The notes under the pieces: generated by a model | Database searches by the model: none | What the model saw: only the letters and a program-made list of their open reading frames with translations | Told to the model about the DNA's origin: nothing | Shown: positions 42,269 through 52,616 of the stretch, piece by piece | Layout: each line of letters starts with the position of its first letter | Numbering within the stretch: position 1 is the first letter of the stretch | From: an uncultured archaeon | GTDB lineage: Archaea > Asgardarchaeota > Lokiarchaeia > Sigyniarchaeales > SOKP01 | Direction of reading: 5' to 3' | Assembly: GCA_964486045.1 (NCBI GenBank) | Contig: CAZALK010000002.1 | Coordinates: forward strand, 224,001 to 288,000 | Length of the DNA stretch: 64,000 nt | Position numbers and translations under genes: made by a program

Positions 42269-42505
42269 ACCTCTAAAAATATTAGTATTACTGAGGAAGT
42301 ATATAAAAAATTAATGAAGATTAAACGAGAGAATGAAAGCTTCTCTGAACTTTTCCTAAGACTGTTAAAAATCCAAAAAACCAACATGAAAAGAACTTTT
42401 GGAGCGTGGAATTTATCAAAAGAAGAGGAATCTGAGATATGGAAGGCTATTTCAAGTCGTTCTGGTCGAAAATGGGAACGATCAGAAATGGGTGAAATCA
42501 AGTGA
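42266..42505 (+). CDS. vapB: VapB-family antitoxin
   Basis: MTSKNISITEEVYKKL..IKRENESFSE; likely start 42266, not 42242. Confidence 0.85.
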   Translation: MTSKNISITEEVYKKLMKIKRENESFSELFLRLLKIQKTNMKRTFGAWNLSKEEESEIWKAISSRSGRKWERSEMGEIK

Positions 42506-42909
42506 TAATTCTTGATACTTCTGCATGTATAGATTATCTAAATGGTAATCCTAATCTTAAAAAAGTTATATTTGAACAAGAGAATCTTGTACACCTTACT
42601 TCAATTACAATATATGAAGTAAATATTGGTTTAGAACGAACAAAAAGGAAGATTTCCGAAACTAGATATAAAGAACTATATAAATTTTGGATGGAATTCA
42701 TTAGTGGTATGGAAATCTTCTCTTTAGGATTAAAGGAAGCTGAAAAAGCAGCAGAAATTCATGATATTCTTGAATCTAAAGGAAAAATGATTGATGATAA
42801 CGATATCTTAATTGCTGGAATTATGCTTTCAAATGGTATAAATAAAATTATAACTAAAAACATTAAGCATTTTGAATTAATCCAAGAATTAGAAATAATT
42901 CAATATTAA
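42502..42909 (+). CDS. vapC: VapC PIN toxin
   Basis: IILDTS, TIYE, DNDILIAG, ITKNIKHF; GTGA overlap. Confidence 0.9.
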   Translation: MIILDTSACIDYLNGNPNLKKVIFEQENLVHLTSITIYEVNIGLERTKRKISETRYKELYKFWMEFISGMEIFSLGLKEAEKAAEIHDILESKGKMIDDNDILIAGIMLSNGINKIITKNIKHFELIQELEIIQY

Positions 42910-43006
42910 AATCAAATAGAAAACTTATGTGAAAAATTTTAAATAATAAGTTAAATACTATAATTTTTCCATTTGTGTTAATTATTTTAGCATTAGAGGT
43001 TTTTCT

Positions 43007-43915
43007 TTGAAAACATTAATTGTAGCATTAGGTGGGAATGCTTTAATAAAATTTGGTGATGAGGGTACAACAGAAGAACAATTTCGAAATTTACGTGTTC
43101 CCATAAGTCAAATCGCAGAATTAGCTAAAGAATATAATATAATTATAACCCATGGTAACGGTCCCCAAGTAGGAAACTTATTGTTACAACAAGAAGCTAC
43201 TAAAGCAGTTTCGAAGAGACCATTACAAATTTTAGTTGCTGAGACTCAAGGCCAAATAGGCTTCATGATTGAGTCTACCTTAGATGAAGCACTTATGAAA
43301 ATTGGTCTTGATAAAGAAAAGCTGTTTCTTACTGTTCTTACTTATGTTGAGGTAAATTCTGAAGACCCTGCATTTTTAAATCCTACTAAACCGATAGGTC
43401 CCGCTTATTCGGTGCCAAAAGCGGGATATGTTAAAACAGTAAAAGGATATCGCCGTGTAGTTCCCTCACCAAAACCCATTAAAATATATCAATGGCGTGA
43501 GATAAAAAGATTAATGGAATTAGGAAGTTGGATTATAATTGCTTGCGGAGGTGGCGGAATTCCTGTAATAAAAGAAAAAAAAAGACTTTATGGTGTCGAA
43601 GCTGTAATAGATAAAGATCTTGCAAGTGCTAAATTAGCTGAACAAATTAATGCTGATATTTTATTAATAGCAACTGATGTAGAAAAAGTTTCTCTTAATT
43701 ATGGAAGGTCAAATCAAGTGGATTTAGATAGTGTTTCTGTTTCTGAAGCAAAAAAATATTTAGAAGAAGATCAATTCCCACCAGGAAGCATGGGACCTAA
43801 AATTCAGGCAGTTATAAACTTTTTAGAATCAGGTGGAGAAAAAGCAATAATAACTTCTATCGATAAAATAATTAAAGCTTTAGATGGAAAAGCGGGGACA
43901 CAGATATATATATAA
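43007..43915 (+). CDS. arcC: Carbamate kinase
   Basis: ALGGNAL, THGNGPQVG, PTKPIGP, RRVVPSP, GGGGIPV, VIDKD, GSMGPK. Confidence 0.95.
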   Translation: MKTLIVALGGNALIKFGDEGTTEEQFRNLRVPISQIAELAKEYNIIITHGNGPQVGNLLLQQEATKAVSKRPLQILVAETQGQIGFMIESTLDEALMKIGLDKEKLFLTVLTYVEVNSEDPAFLNPTKPIGPAYSVPKAGYVKTVKGYRRVVPSPKPIKIYQWREIKRLMELGSWIIIACGGGGIPVIKEKKRLYGVEAVIDKDLASAKLAEQINADILLIATDVEKVSLNYGRSNQVDLDSVSVSEAKKYLEEDQFPPGSMGPKIQAVINFLESGGEKAIITSIDKIIKALDGKAGTQIYI

Positions 43916-43977
43916 GATTATGATTATTTAGGTAAACAATAAATCTCCAATGATAAAACAAAAATTTTGAGCCATAT

Positions 43978-45240
43978 TTAGTCTCGAATTAGGATCTTTT
44001 CTATAATTTCCAGAGCCCAATCAATTTCCTCTCGAGTTATTACTAATGGTGGAGCAAATCTAATCGTAGTCGAATGGGTATCCTTTGCAAGTATCCCATT
44101 ATTTTTTAAGTCTTCAACAATTTGCCTAGCATCTTTAGTAAATTCAACTGCAATAAGCAAACCCTTACCCCTTATGTCTTTAATTGGAATTCTTGTTTTC
44201 TTTTCACCAATTTCTCTTAGTCTCTTGATAAAATATGCTCCCATTTCCTTTGATCGTTCAGCGAGGTTTTCACGTAAGTGAATATCGATGGATTTCATTG
44301 CAACAGCACATGCCAACGGATTTCCCCCAAATGTACTTCCATGAGTGCCGGGTGTAATTACATCAGGTCCGACTATATCTTTAGTTGTTACGCACGCAGA
44401 AACAGGATAAATACCACCTCCAAGTGCTTTGCCTATTAGTAACATATCTGGCTTCACGTCTTCATGATCACAAGCAAAAAATTTCCCAGTTCTACAAAAC
44501 CCAGTCTGAATTTCATCTAAAACCATTAGAATATTATATTTTGTACAAACTTCCCTTACACTTCTTAGATAACCCTCCGGAGGGATGTTAACACCAGCTT
44601 CTCCTTGTATTGGTTCAAATAAAAAACCAGCTACTTTTTCAGGTCCAGTTTCTAGAATAATACTCTCTAATTCTTCTATATCTCCGTAGGAAATTATTTT
44701 AAATCCTGGTGTGTATGGTCCAAAATTTCCGTAATACCTGACTGCCGAGATGTCAGAACTAAAACCGATAATTGTTATCGTTCTTCCATGAAAATTATTT
44801 CTACATACTATAATTATCGCTTCGTCTTTTGGTATCTTTTTCTTAATATACCCCCATGCCCTTATTATTTTCAAACCTGTAGAAACTGCTTCTGTTCCAG
44901 TATTCATTGGAATAGACATTATTCCTGAATCTGATGGATCATTAATATGAGGACCAACAATTTCAGCTAATAATTTCAAGAAAGGCCCCATCATATCATT
45001 ATGAAAAGCCCTTGAGGTTAAAGTAACCTTACTAGCTTGTTCTGTTAAAGCGGCTATGATTTCTGGGTGACAATGGCCAGTGTTTTGACTTGAGTATGCT
45101 GATAAACAGTCAAGATACTTTTTTCCTTCCGGATCATAAACCCAAACTCCTTCTGCTCTAGAGATTACCACGGGAATCGGATGATAATTGTGAGCGCAAT
45201 ACTTTAAATCCATATCAATATAATCTTTTGAGGTTGGCAT
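43978..45240 (-). CDS. rocD: Ornithine delta-aminotransferase
   Basis: AHNYHP, LSAYS, TLTSRAF, PMNTG, EPIQGEAG, DEIQTG, GKALGGG, HGSTFGGNP. Confidence 0.92.
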   Translation of the reverse strand: MPTSKDYIDMDLKYCAHNYHPIPVVISRAEGVWVYDPEGKKYLDCLSAYSSQNTGHCHPEIIAALTEQASKVTLTSRAFHNDMMGPFLKLLAEIVGPHINDPSDSGIMSIPMNTGTEAVSTGLKIIRAWGYIKKKIPKDEAIIIVCRNNFHGRTITIIGFSSDISAVRYYGNFGPYTPGFKIISYGDIEELESIILETGPEKVAGFLFEPIQGEAGVNIPPEGYLRSVREVCTKYNILMVLDEIQTGFCRTGKFFACDHEDVKPDMLLIGKALGGGIYPVSACVTTKDIVGPDVITPGTHGSTFGGNPLACAVAMKSIDIHLRENLAERSKEMGAYFIKRLREIGEKKTRIPIKDIRGKGLLIAVEFTKDARQIVEDLKNNGILAKDTHSTTIRFAPPLVITREEIDWALEIIEKILIRD

Positions 45241-45372
45241 AATACTTCAAATAACTTTACTTAAAAAATTATTACTAAATTAAATGAAAGAATTCATTAA
45301 AGTTTTAGATTTTTTGTAAAATAAGCCTTGGGAAAGCGATGGGAATTCTTTATACTTAGAGACAAAATTCAA

Positions 45373-45867
45373 TTAAAATTCAATATTATCTCCAAATTCT
45401 TTTATAGGCCATTGCCAATAGAGATCTGTTTTAATAACTCCCTTATCTTTTAATTCTGTAAATAACTTTTCTCTTAAATTATGAAGAAAATTATCGGGAT
45501 CATAGAGAATCTGACCTTCATCTAATGCATCTAAAATTAAATAATATTTTGAATCCGCATAACTTTTCATTTCCTTTGAAGTTCTCCAGAGAGCTTGAAT
45601 ACCTGAACAAACAGACATAGTTAAATTAATACCCCACTTACTCCTCTTAAGAAGATCAACAGTAATTTTATCAGAAATAATAAATAAATCAATATCGCTT
45701 ATATATTCTGAATCATCCCTAGACCTTCCAGTTGCAACAGACCCATAAAGTAAGATTGAGCGTATTTCTAAGTCTAATTTAAAAATATATTGAAGAAACT
45801 CACTTAGTTTGTTTTTAAAATACTCTTCTTTAATAAAAAATAGGTTTATATCCTCAACTTGAGTCAT
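45373..45867 (-). CDS. Minimal nucleotidyltransferase (MNT)
   Basis: LYGSVATG...SDIDL. Confidence 0.82.
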   Translation of the reverse strand: MTQVEDINLFFIKEEYFKNKLSEFLQYIFKLDLEIRSILLYGSVATGRSRDDSEYISDIDLFIISDKITVDLLKRSKWGINLTMSVCSGIQALWRTSKEMKSYADSKYYLILDALDEGQILYDPDNFLHNLREKLFTELKDKGVIKTDLYWQWPIKEFGDNIEF

Positions 45868-46373
45868 TTTTCAATCAAATCATTACATTCTTTTATGAAA
45901 TTTGATAATAATATTATTTCTTGTTTGAGATTTGGTAATTCATTAATTAGTGCCTTAATATTTATCATAATTTTTTCTAAGTCTTTTAAATATTTAATTG
46001 CTTCTAATTTATCGTATTTCTCCTCTGGAGTGATTAATTTACCCTCTTTCATAATTCCATATCTAGTGGAGGGTCCTTCTCCTTCAATCCCTTTTGCTAG
46101 AGCTGCGACGTTTTTTATTTTCTCAAGAATTTCTTTTTCAATATTAATATTTTTATTAGTTTCAATGGATTCTAATATTATTGATGGATTGTGAATTTTG
46201 CGAAATTTAAATCCTAACAATAGGATTAATGCTTTTTGCAGTTGTTCTATTGATAATTGAATTTTAAAGACACACTCAGAATAGTCATTAATTTTATAAT
46301 TCCTAATTACTCTTTCTATATTTTTAAACGCTAAATCTATCCATTCCTTAGTTTTTTCGTAATTAGTGGTCAA
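45864..46373 (-). CDS. HEPN domain protein
   Basis: QLSIEQLQKAL, KIH, TRYG; ATGA overlap with MNT. Confidence 0.8.
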   Translation of the reverse strand: MTTNYEKTKEWIDLAFKNIERVIRNYKINDYSECVFKIQLSIEQLQKALILLLGFKFRKIHNPSIILESIETNKNINIEKEILEKIKNVAALAKGIEGEGPSTRYGIMKEGKLITPEEKYDKLEAIKYLKDLEKIMINIKALINELPNLKQEIILLSNFIKECNDLIEK

Positions 46374-46555
46374 ATTGATAATGAAAGTATTTAATATTCT
46401 AGTCTATAAATAATACGAATTCTATTTTTAAAAAAATTTAGCACTCATTTATATCTATTAATCTTTTTTATGATTAATAACAAAAATCATAATCTAGAGA
46501 ATTAAAAGTTTACAGAGAATTTTAAATGCACAACTTCAATCATCACTCTTATTAG

Positions 46556-47365
46556 TTAAGATATTTTATTTTTATTTTCTCTATTTCCTCGTTTTATAAT
46601 TTCTTTAATAAAATAAGTTGCAACCATATTAGCCTTAGCACCTGAACCAAAACCTGCATCATATCCTAGCTCTTTTGCCAATTCATTACTTATTCTTGCT
46701 CCACCACATATTAAAATTACTTTATCACGTATTTCTTCTGCTTCTAATAGTTCTACTAAATTAGTTAAATTCTTTACATGAATATTTTTTTGGGTAACTG
46801 TTTGAGACACCAGTAATACATCTGCTTTTAATTCTATAGCCTTTTTTACAAATTCTTCATTTGTTATCTGGCTTCCGAGATTATAAGTTTCAATCATTTC
46901 AAATCTTTCAAGCCCATAATGACCCGCGAAGCCTTTCATATTCATAATAGCATCAATACCTACTGTATGAGCATCTGTACCTGTTGATGCCCCAAGAATT
47001 ACAATTTTCCGCTTAAGGTTTTTTTTTATGAGTTCATTTATTACTTCAATTGACAAAGTTTCTACCTCAACAGATTCTGCTTGAATTGTTGTATAATCAA
47101 CTGTATGATCTATACTGCCATACACTACAAAAAATGTAAAATCTTTATCTAAGGAGCTATGATAGGCTACAGTTGGATCTTTTAATCCCATCTTTTTTGC
47201 TAACTCTTTAGCTGCTACAACTGCTTTTTCATCATTTTCAATAGGAAGCGTAAAACTTAATTGAACTTTTCCATCGTTCATCGTATCGCCATAAGGTTTA
47301 ATTTTTGTTAAATCGAGATGTTGATCAAATTCCCTTTTTTCAGTCGAATATAATCCCCCACCCAT
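46556..47365 (-). CDS. kamE: Lysine 5,6-aminomutase beta subunit (B12/PLP)
   Basis: KPYGDTMNDGKVQLSFTLP, DAHTVG (DxHxxG), NMKGFAGHYGLER. Confidence 0.95.
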   Translation of the reverse strand: MGGGLYSTEKREFDQHLDLTKIKPYGDTMNDGKVQLSFTLPIENDEKAVVAAKELAKKMGLKDPTVAYHSSLDKDFTFFVVYGSIDHTVDYTTIQAESVEVETLSIEVINELIKKNLKRKIVILGASTGTDAHTVGIDAIMNMKGFAGHYGLERFEMIETYNLGSQITNEEFVKKAIELKADVLLVSQTVTQKNIHVKNLTNLVELLEAEEIRDKVILICGGARISNELAKELGYDAGFGSGAKANMVATYFIKEIIKRGNRENKNKIS

Positions 47366-47366
47366 A

Positions 47367-48947
47367 TTAATTCCCTCCTTTTATTAAATCATTTATCATA
47401 ATTTCCATAAATGGATTATAATATTCTTCCTTTTTTTGAACTACCCCATCCATCCCCTTACCCCCATCTGTAGGTCTTTTAATTCCCGCGAAAATACCTT
47501 TTTCAATAGTCGTAAATAGTCCTTGTTTTTCAATTTCCTTTAGCAAATTGTAAGCATTATTAATGACTTCATTAGCTCTTTTTTCTATTACTCCACCTTT
47601 CTTAAAAATGATTTCTTCACTTATAGATTTCATATTATTAAAAATATATTTAGCGTTTTCTATCGATAGTGCTCTATCAGCCATAAAGGGGGTGTGTATT
47701 GCCTCTGTCAACATACCTAGGAGATGAATCCGTTGGTTAGTCATAATTGTAATCATATTGAATAGTGCATCTTGAATATGGCCCTTGAAGATATTTCCAT
47801 TCATAAATTTTGTCGGAGGCATATATTTAAGGGGAGCGTTAGGAAAAATCTCTCGTGCCATTTGGGCTTGGGCAAGTTCATACAAAAAGCCATTCTCCAA
47901 ATCAGGATTCATTTCAAAAGCATGTCCTAGCCCCATAAGTTCCTCTTTTAACCCTGCGAGTAAGGCAAATTGTTCATTAATAAATTCTGAAGCGAGAACA
48001 GTATGCGCCGCATCAAATGCATCAGCAGTAGTTAAATAGTTATCTTCACCAGTATTAATTGTTATTCCTGCATATGCATTTATCATTCTTGAAAAATACT
48101 GATCAACAATCGTTCTTTTCATATTGATATCACGAAATAAAATACCATAAAGGGCGTCATTAAGCATCATATCAAGCCTTTCAAATGCTCCTATTACAGC
48201 AATTTCAGGCATACACAAGCCAGAGCAATAATTGGTTAACCTGATGTATCGTCCTAATTCTTCACTAACTTTATCCAATGCCGTTCTCATTAATCGAAAG
48301 TTCTCCTGAGTAGCATATGTTCCCCCAAATCCTTCTGTTGTAGCACCATAAGGAACATAATCAAGTAGACTCTGTACAGTAGATCTAATTACAGCGATTA
48401 TATCTGCTCCTTGACGTGCTGCAGCCTGAGCCTGAACAATGTCTTCATAGATATTTCCCGTTGCTACAATAACATAAATAAGAGGTCCATCCTTTTCTCC
48501 ATACTTAGTAATTAATTGATTTCTTTTGCTTTTATTGAAAGAAATTTGCTTCAAATTTTCTTGAGCAATTAATTTTATTTTTGCCTTTATTTCTGAAATA
48601 TCTTCTAAAGGAAGATCTACTAGATCCAATTCACCTCTACTAACTTTTTCAGCAATCTCTTGAGGTGTAAGATTAGTTTGTAATATAGCATTCCCAATAT
48701 ATAGTGCTACTCCAACTCCCAAATTGTTTTTAATGTTATCAATTACAACGTTTGGTAAGGGAACATCAAACTCATCTACACCATCAATACCAAAGAATCT
48801 ACACACAGTCCTCTCAACGGTTGTAGTAGTATATTGATCTATAAATTTTTGAGTATCTAAAGCAATATTTTTTGCTGATTCTCTTGCTTTACTTACAGTT
48901 GAAAAATCTAAATTTAACTTACTTTCTTTTTCCATCATAATTTTCAC
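47367..48947 (-). CDS. kamD: Lysine 5,6-aminomutase alpha subunit
   Basis: ESKLNLDF, YVIVATGNIYED, QSLLDYVPYG, NYCSGLCMPE, INTGEDNY, KYMPPTK. Confidence 0.95.
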   Translation of the reverse strand: MKIMMEKESKLNLDFSTVSKARESAKNIALDTQKFIDQYTTTTVERTVCRFFGIDGVDEFDVPLPNVVIDNIKNNLGVGVALYIGNAILQTNLTPQEIAEKVSRGELDLVDLPLEDISEIKAKIKLIAQENLKQISFNKSKRNQLITKYGEKDGPLIYVIVATGNIYEDIVQAQAAARQGADIIAVIRSTVQSLLDYVPYGATTEGFGGTYATQENFRLMRTALDKVSEELGRYIRLTNYCSGLCMPEIAVIGAFERLDMMLNDALYGILFRDINMKRTIVDQYFSRMINAYAGITINTGEDNYLTTADAFDAAHTVLASEFINEQFALLAGLKEELMGLGHAFEMNPDLENGFLYELAQAQMAREIFPNAPLKYMPPTKFMNGNIFKGHIQDALFNMITIMTNQRIHLLGMLTEAIHTPFMADRALSIENAKYIFNNMKSISEEIIFKKGGVIEKRANEVINNAYNLLKEIEKQGLFTTIEKGIFAGIKRPTDGGKGMDGVVQKKEEYYNPFMEIMINDLIKGGN

Positions 48948-48961
48948 TTATTTTTATTAAT

Positions 48962-49996
48962 TTACTCATTAACTCCAAGGTTATAAACAGGAATAGTGAG
49001 TAGTTCAGTAAATGACTTTAAAAATAAATCTTTATCGAACTCATATCCATTTGGAGATGTAGGATTTATTGTTACAGCGATAATTTTTATAGGTTTTAAT
49101 ACTTTTATGATTCCTTCATTCTTTTGGAATTTCATTAGAGTATTATTACTTAAAAATAATTTTGTTCCATCCTTTACCAAAAAAGTGCAACCCTTATACT
49201 TTTGGGTAGATTTCATTAAGTCTTCTAATAACCTATCTGTAATGGCGCCATTTATTACGATATATTTTGAGTCTTCATCTAAATTTTCAACAATTTCTTG
49301 AGCTGAATCTAATGCTGTGGGGACTTTTAAAAACTTAATCGAATTAGTTTTACTGATAATACCTATTTTTGATTTTTTCATTATTTCTTTTGAGAGATTT
49401 ATAGTTTTTTCATTAACCTCTTGCTCCAAATTTAATAAGTTAATAGTATGAATTGTTAAATCTATAACCTCACTCATGTTTCTGGATACCGAAGCTCCTG
49501 TCGAGATGATAGTAGCATCTGAGATTAAAGGAGTTGAATAAGATCTTCTATCAAACGCTCCATCGACCAGTATGAGATCGCAACCAAGGTTTTTTAATTC
49601 TAAACAGATCTTCTTTAATTGGATGTTTATTGAAGGTCCAGCTAATTCAATATACCCCTCCCCTTCTGTTTTTAAGATCATGACCTCTCCTAAGGGAGTA
49701 TAAAATCCTGTATTTTTAATAACCTCAAAATCTATTTTACTATCTTCAAAACATTGTTTTGCTGTAACTACAAAAGTCCCTTTCTTAACATAAATTTGCG
49801 GTTTAGGTAAATCAGTTATAACATCATATTTTTCACCATCTCTCCCAATTGAAGTGAGACCTAAAACATAAGTTTCTTCTATATTTCTTATAATATAATT
49901 TAAGGTAGTCGTTTTAGAAACATTTTTAGCAAGCCCTATTATCGAGATTACTCTTGGTTCATCAGTTTTATTGAAAAAGTCAGATATAAAGTCCAT
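48962..49996 (-). CDS. kamB: KamB-like lysine 5,6-aminomutase reactivase subunit
   Basis: SIIGLAKNVSKTT, LTSIGRDGE, TPLG, DGAFDR; position between kamA and kamD. Confidence 0.75.
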   Translation of the reverse strand: MDFISDFFNKTDEPRVISIIGLAKNVSKTTTLNYIIRNIEETYVLGLTSIGRDGEKYDVITDLPKPQIYVKKGTFVVTAKQCFEDSKIDFEVIKNTGFYTPLGEVMILKTEGEGYIELAGPSINIQLKKICLELKNLGCDLILVDGAFDRRSYSTPLISDATIISTGASVSRNMSEVIDLTIHTINLLNLEQEVNEKTINLSKEIMKKSKIGIISKTNSIKFLKVPTALDSAQEIVENLDEDSKYIVINGAITDRLLEDLMKSTQKYKGCTFLVKDGTKLFLSNNTLMKFQKNEGIIKVLKPIKIIAVTINPTSPNGYEFDKDLFLKSFTELLTIPVYNLGVNE

Positions 49997-50119
49997 TTTC
50001 TCACTAAAAAATTAATGAGTTATTAATAATATGAGAAATAGTTCTTGCCTATTTAAATTTTAAATTAAGTATAAATATTAACTCGATTTCTGTTATAAAT
50101 CTCAATATAATTTACTGTT

Positions 50120-51358
50120 TTATTTACTTAATTTCTTCCTTCTTAACTTTCTTACCATATCTTCTGGTTCGATAGTCATTTTCTGTCCACTCAATAAAGC
50201 ACTAACTCCAATTTGTTTCTCACAATCTTCGCAATGACAATTTGGAATATAATCGTTAGGTTCTTCATATGTAGTTATAACGCCCTCAAAGTTTCTTAAA
50301 ACAACACGAGTATTTCCCTGAGAAATAACGTAATCTGGCATCACTGGAATTTTTCCACCACCTCCAGGGGCATCAACGACAAATGTAGGTACACATAATC
50401 CAGAAGTATGACCCCTCAAACCTTCAATAATTTCAATACCCTGAGCAACACTAGTTCTAAAATGTCCTAGCCCTATAGAGAGATCGCATTGATAAATATA
50501 ATAAGGTCTGACTCTTATTTTTACTAGTTCCCGTACTAATTTCTTCATTACATGAATACAATCATTTACTCCTCTTAAAAGAACAGACTGGTTTCCCATA
50601 GGGATTCCCGCATCTGCTAACATCTCACAAGCTCTCGTAGAATCTCTTGTGATTTCATTTGAGTGATTGAAGTGTGTATTAAACCAAATAGGTTGATTTT
50701 TTTTAAGTATTTCACATAACTCTGGAGTAATTCGATGAGGATTTGTAACAGGGGCTCTAGAACCTATACGTATTATTTCTACGTGATGGATCTCTTTCAA
50801 TCCCTTTAAAATTTCTTCCAGTTTCCTATCGGATATTAATAATGCGTCACCTCCTGATAAAAGGACATCTCTAATAGAAGGAGTGTCTCTTATATACTCA
50901 ATGCATGCATCAATTTGAGGTTGTGGTGGTGACATATCATGATGACCTGCAAATCTTCTTCTAGTGCAATGTCTACAGTACATGGAGCAATTTTCTGTTA
51001 CGAGAAATAATACTCGATCAGGATAACGATGGGTTAATCCTTCGACAGGAGAATCCACATCTTCGCTTAGAGGGTCTTCAAGGTCACCAGTATATCTCTG
51101 TAATTCGTGAATAGTTGGGATAGCTTGTTTTCTGATTGGATCAAAAGGATCGTCGGGGTCAATTAAAGATAAGTAATAGGGGGTAATCGCCATTCGATAT
51201 TCTTTCAATAATCTAGGATCATCTTCTTCATTAGTCAACTTAATATATTTTTTAAGTTCTTCAAAAGTGGTTATTCTATTTTTAACTTGCCAATGCCAGT
51301 CATCCCAATCCTCATCATTTACATGAGAAAACAAATCATTACGTCTATTAACTTTCAT
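50120..51358 (-). CDS. kamA: Lysine 2,3-aminomutase
   Basis: WDDWHWQ, HRYPDR, CSMYCRHCTRRR, LSGGD, APGGGGKIP, CHCEDC. Confidence 0.96.
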   Translation of the reverse strand: MKVNRRNDLFSHVNDEDWDDWHWQVKNRITTFEELKKYIKLTNEEDDPRLLKEYRMAITPYYLSLIDPDDPFDPIRKQAIPTIHELQRYTGDLEDPLSEDVDSPVEGLTHRYPDRVLFLVTENCSMYCRHCTRRRFAGHHDMSPPQPQIDACIEYIRDTPSIRDVLLSGGDALLISDRKLEEILKGLKEIHHVEIIRIGSRAPVTNPHRITPELCEILKKNQPIWFNTHFNHSNEITRDSTRACEMLADAGIPMGNQSVLLRGVNDCIHVMKKLVRELVKIRVRPYYIYQCDLSIGLGHFRTSVAQGIEIIEGLRGHTSGLCVPTFVVDAPGGGGKIPVMPDYVISQGNTRVVLRNFEGVITTYEEPNDYIPNCHCEDCEKQIGVSALLSGQKMTIEPEDMVRKLRRKKLSK

Positions 51359-51500
51359 GTCATTAAAATTGTAAATGTAATTAGATCTTATAATCTGTAA
51401 AGTTTTCTATACTAAAAATATTGTTTAATTAGATGAATTGAAAGATTCTTTAAAATAGTAAAATTAAATTCATTTAATTCTTTCTAATTTTTGGAACAAA

Positions 51501-52616
51501 ATGAATCCGGATCAAATAAAGACTAAAAGAATATTTACTAACCAAAATTCTGATATCAAAAAGAAAAAGTCGAGAACTACAGAAAACCCAGAAGTTAAAT
51601 ACTTAACCAGGTGTCGTGCATTCTCAGATCGACTAATAACTTCTGATGAAAATTCGACTCAAGAGGGATTTGAATATCTTTATAAAAATTATAAAAAATC
51701 AGAACTTTTTAAGCCTGAAACAACCGATTCAAAAATTCGAAGAAGAAACACTTACGGAAAGTATGGGTTTAAAATATTTAATGCTATGGTGAAAAGCTAT
51801 AGTGATATAAATCCCTATTTATCTGAAGTAGAGCAAAAGGAGCATTTTAGCCCAATTAATCAAGTTCTTCAAAATATTATTGGTTTATATCCTAATAAGG
51901 AGTTATGGTCTAATCTTCAAAAATATGCTGAGAAAAAATGGGAGATTATAAAGATAGGATTTACTGAACTCCCAGAATCATTAATTTTCAAGAACAAAAT
52001 GGTTTTGTTTCGATACGTGTTAGTTTTCATGCAAGAAATGAAGAAGAACAAAATCGATAAAGCTCCGAATATTGAAGCCAGTGATGAAACTATGCGAGTT
52101 TACGCAGCGTTAGGTGAGGCTGTGAATGATATTGCTAATTGGCTTCGTTCAAAGGGAATAAGAAGCCAGAGTAATCATCCAATGGGAGGTTTAGTATGCA
52201 CCCCACCGCTTGCAGGAAAAGCAGGAATGGGTTGGCAGGGTAAACAAGGAATATTAATTACACCAGAATTTGGACCTCGTCAAAGATTAGCCCCTATTTT
52301 TATTAAAGAGAAGATCTTTGAATTTACTGATAGTAAAGAACATAGGTGGATTGAAGAATACTGTGTTACTTGTGATTTATGTCAAAAAAATTGTCCAGGT
52401 AAAGCAGTTTATACTGAAAAAAAAGTCACCATTGAAAATATACCTACGATTGGGGCTATGAAAACTTGTATTGATAATGCTAAATGTTATCCATTTTTTC
52501 TTAAAAATATGGGATGTTCAATATGCATTGCGGTATGTCCATTTTCAGAAGGACAAATAATATATTCTAAACTGAAAAAATATGTGGAAAAAAAGTCTGT
52601 ATCTGGAAAGTTATAA
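51501..52616 (+). CDS. Reductive dehalogenase/QueG-superfamily corrinoid 2x[4Fe-4S] protein
   Basis: IGFT, AGMGWQG..GILITPEFGPRQRL, CVTCDLCQKNCP, GCSICIAVCPF; no obvious TAT signal. Confidence 0.75.
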   Translation: MNPDQIKTKRIFTNQNSDIKKKKSRTTENPEVKYLTRCRAFSDRLITSDENSTQEGFEYLYKNYKKSELFKPETTDSKIRRRNTYGKYGFKIFNAMVKSYSDINPYLSEVEQKEHFSPINQVLQNIIGLYPNKELWSNLQKYAEKKWEIIKIGFTELPESLIFKNKMVLFRYVLVFMQEMKKNKIDKAPNIEASDETMRVYAALGEAVNDIANWLRSKGIRSQSNHPMGGLVCTPPLAGKAGMGWQGKQGILITPEFGPRQRLAPIFIKEKIFEFTDSKEHRWIEEYCVTCDLCQKNCPGKAVYTEKKVTIENIPTIGAMKTCIDNAKCYPFFLKNMGCSICIAVCPFSEGQIIYSKLKKYVEKKSVSGKL

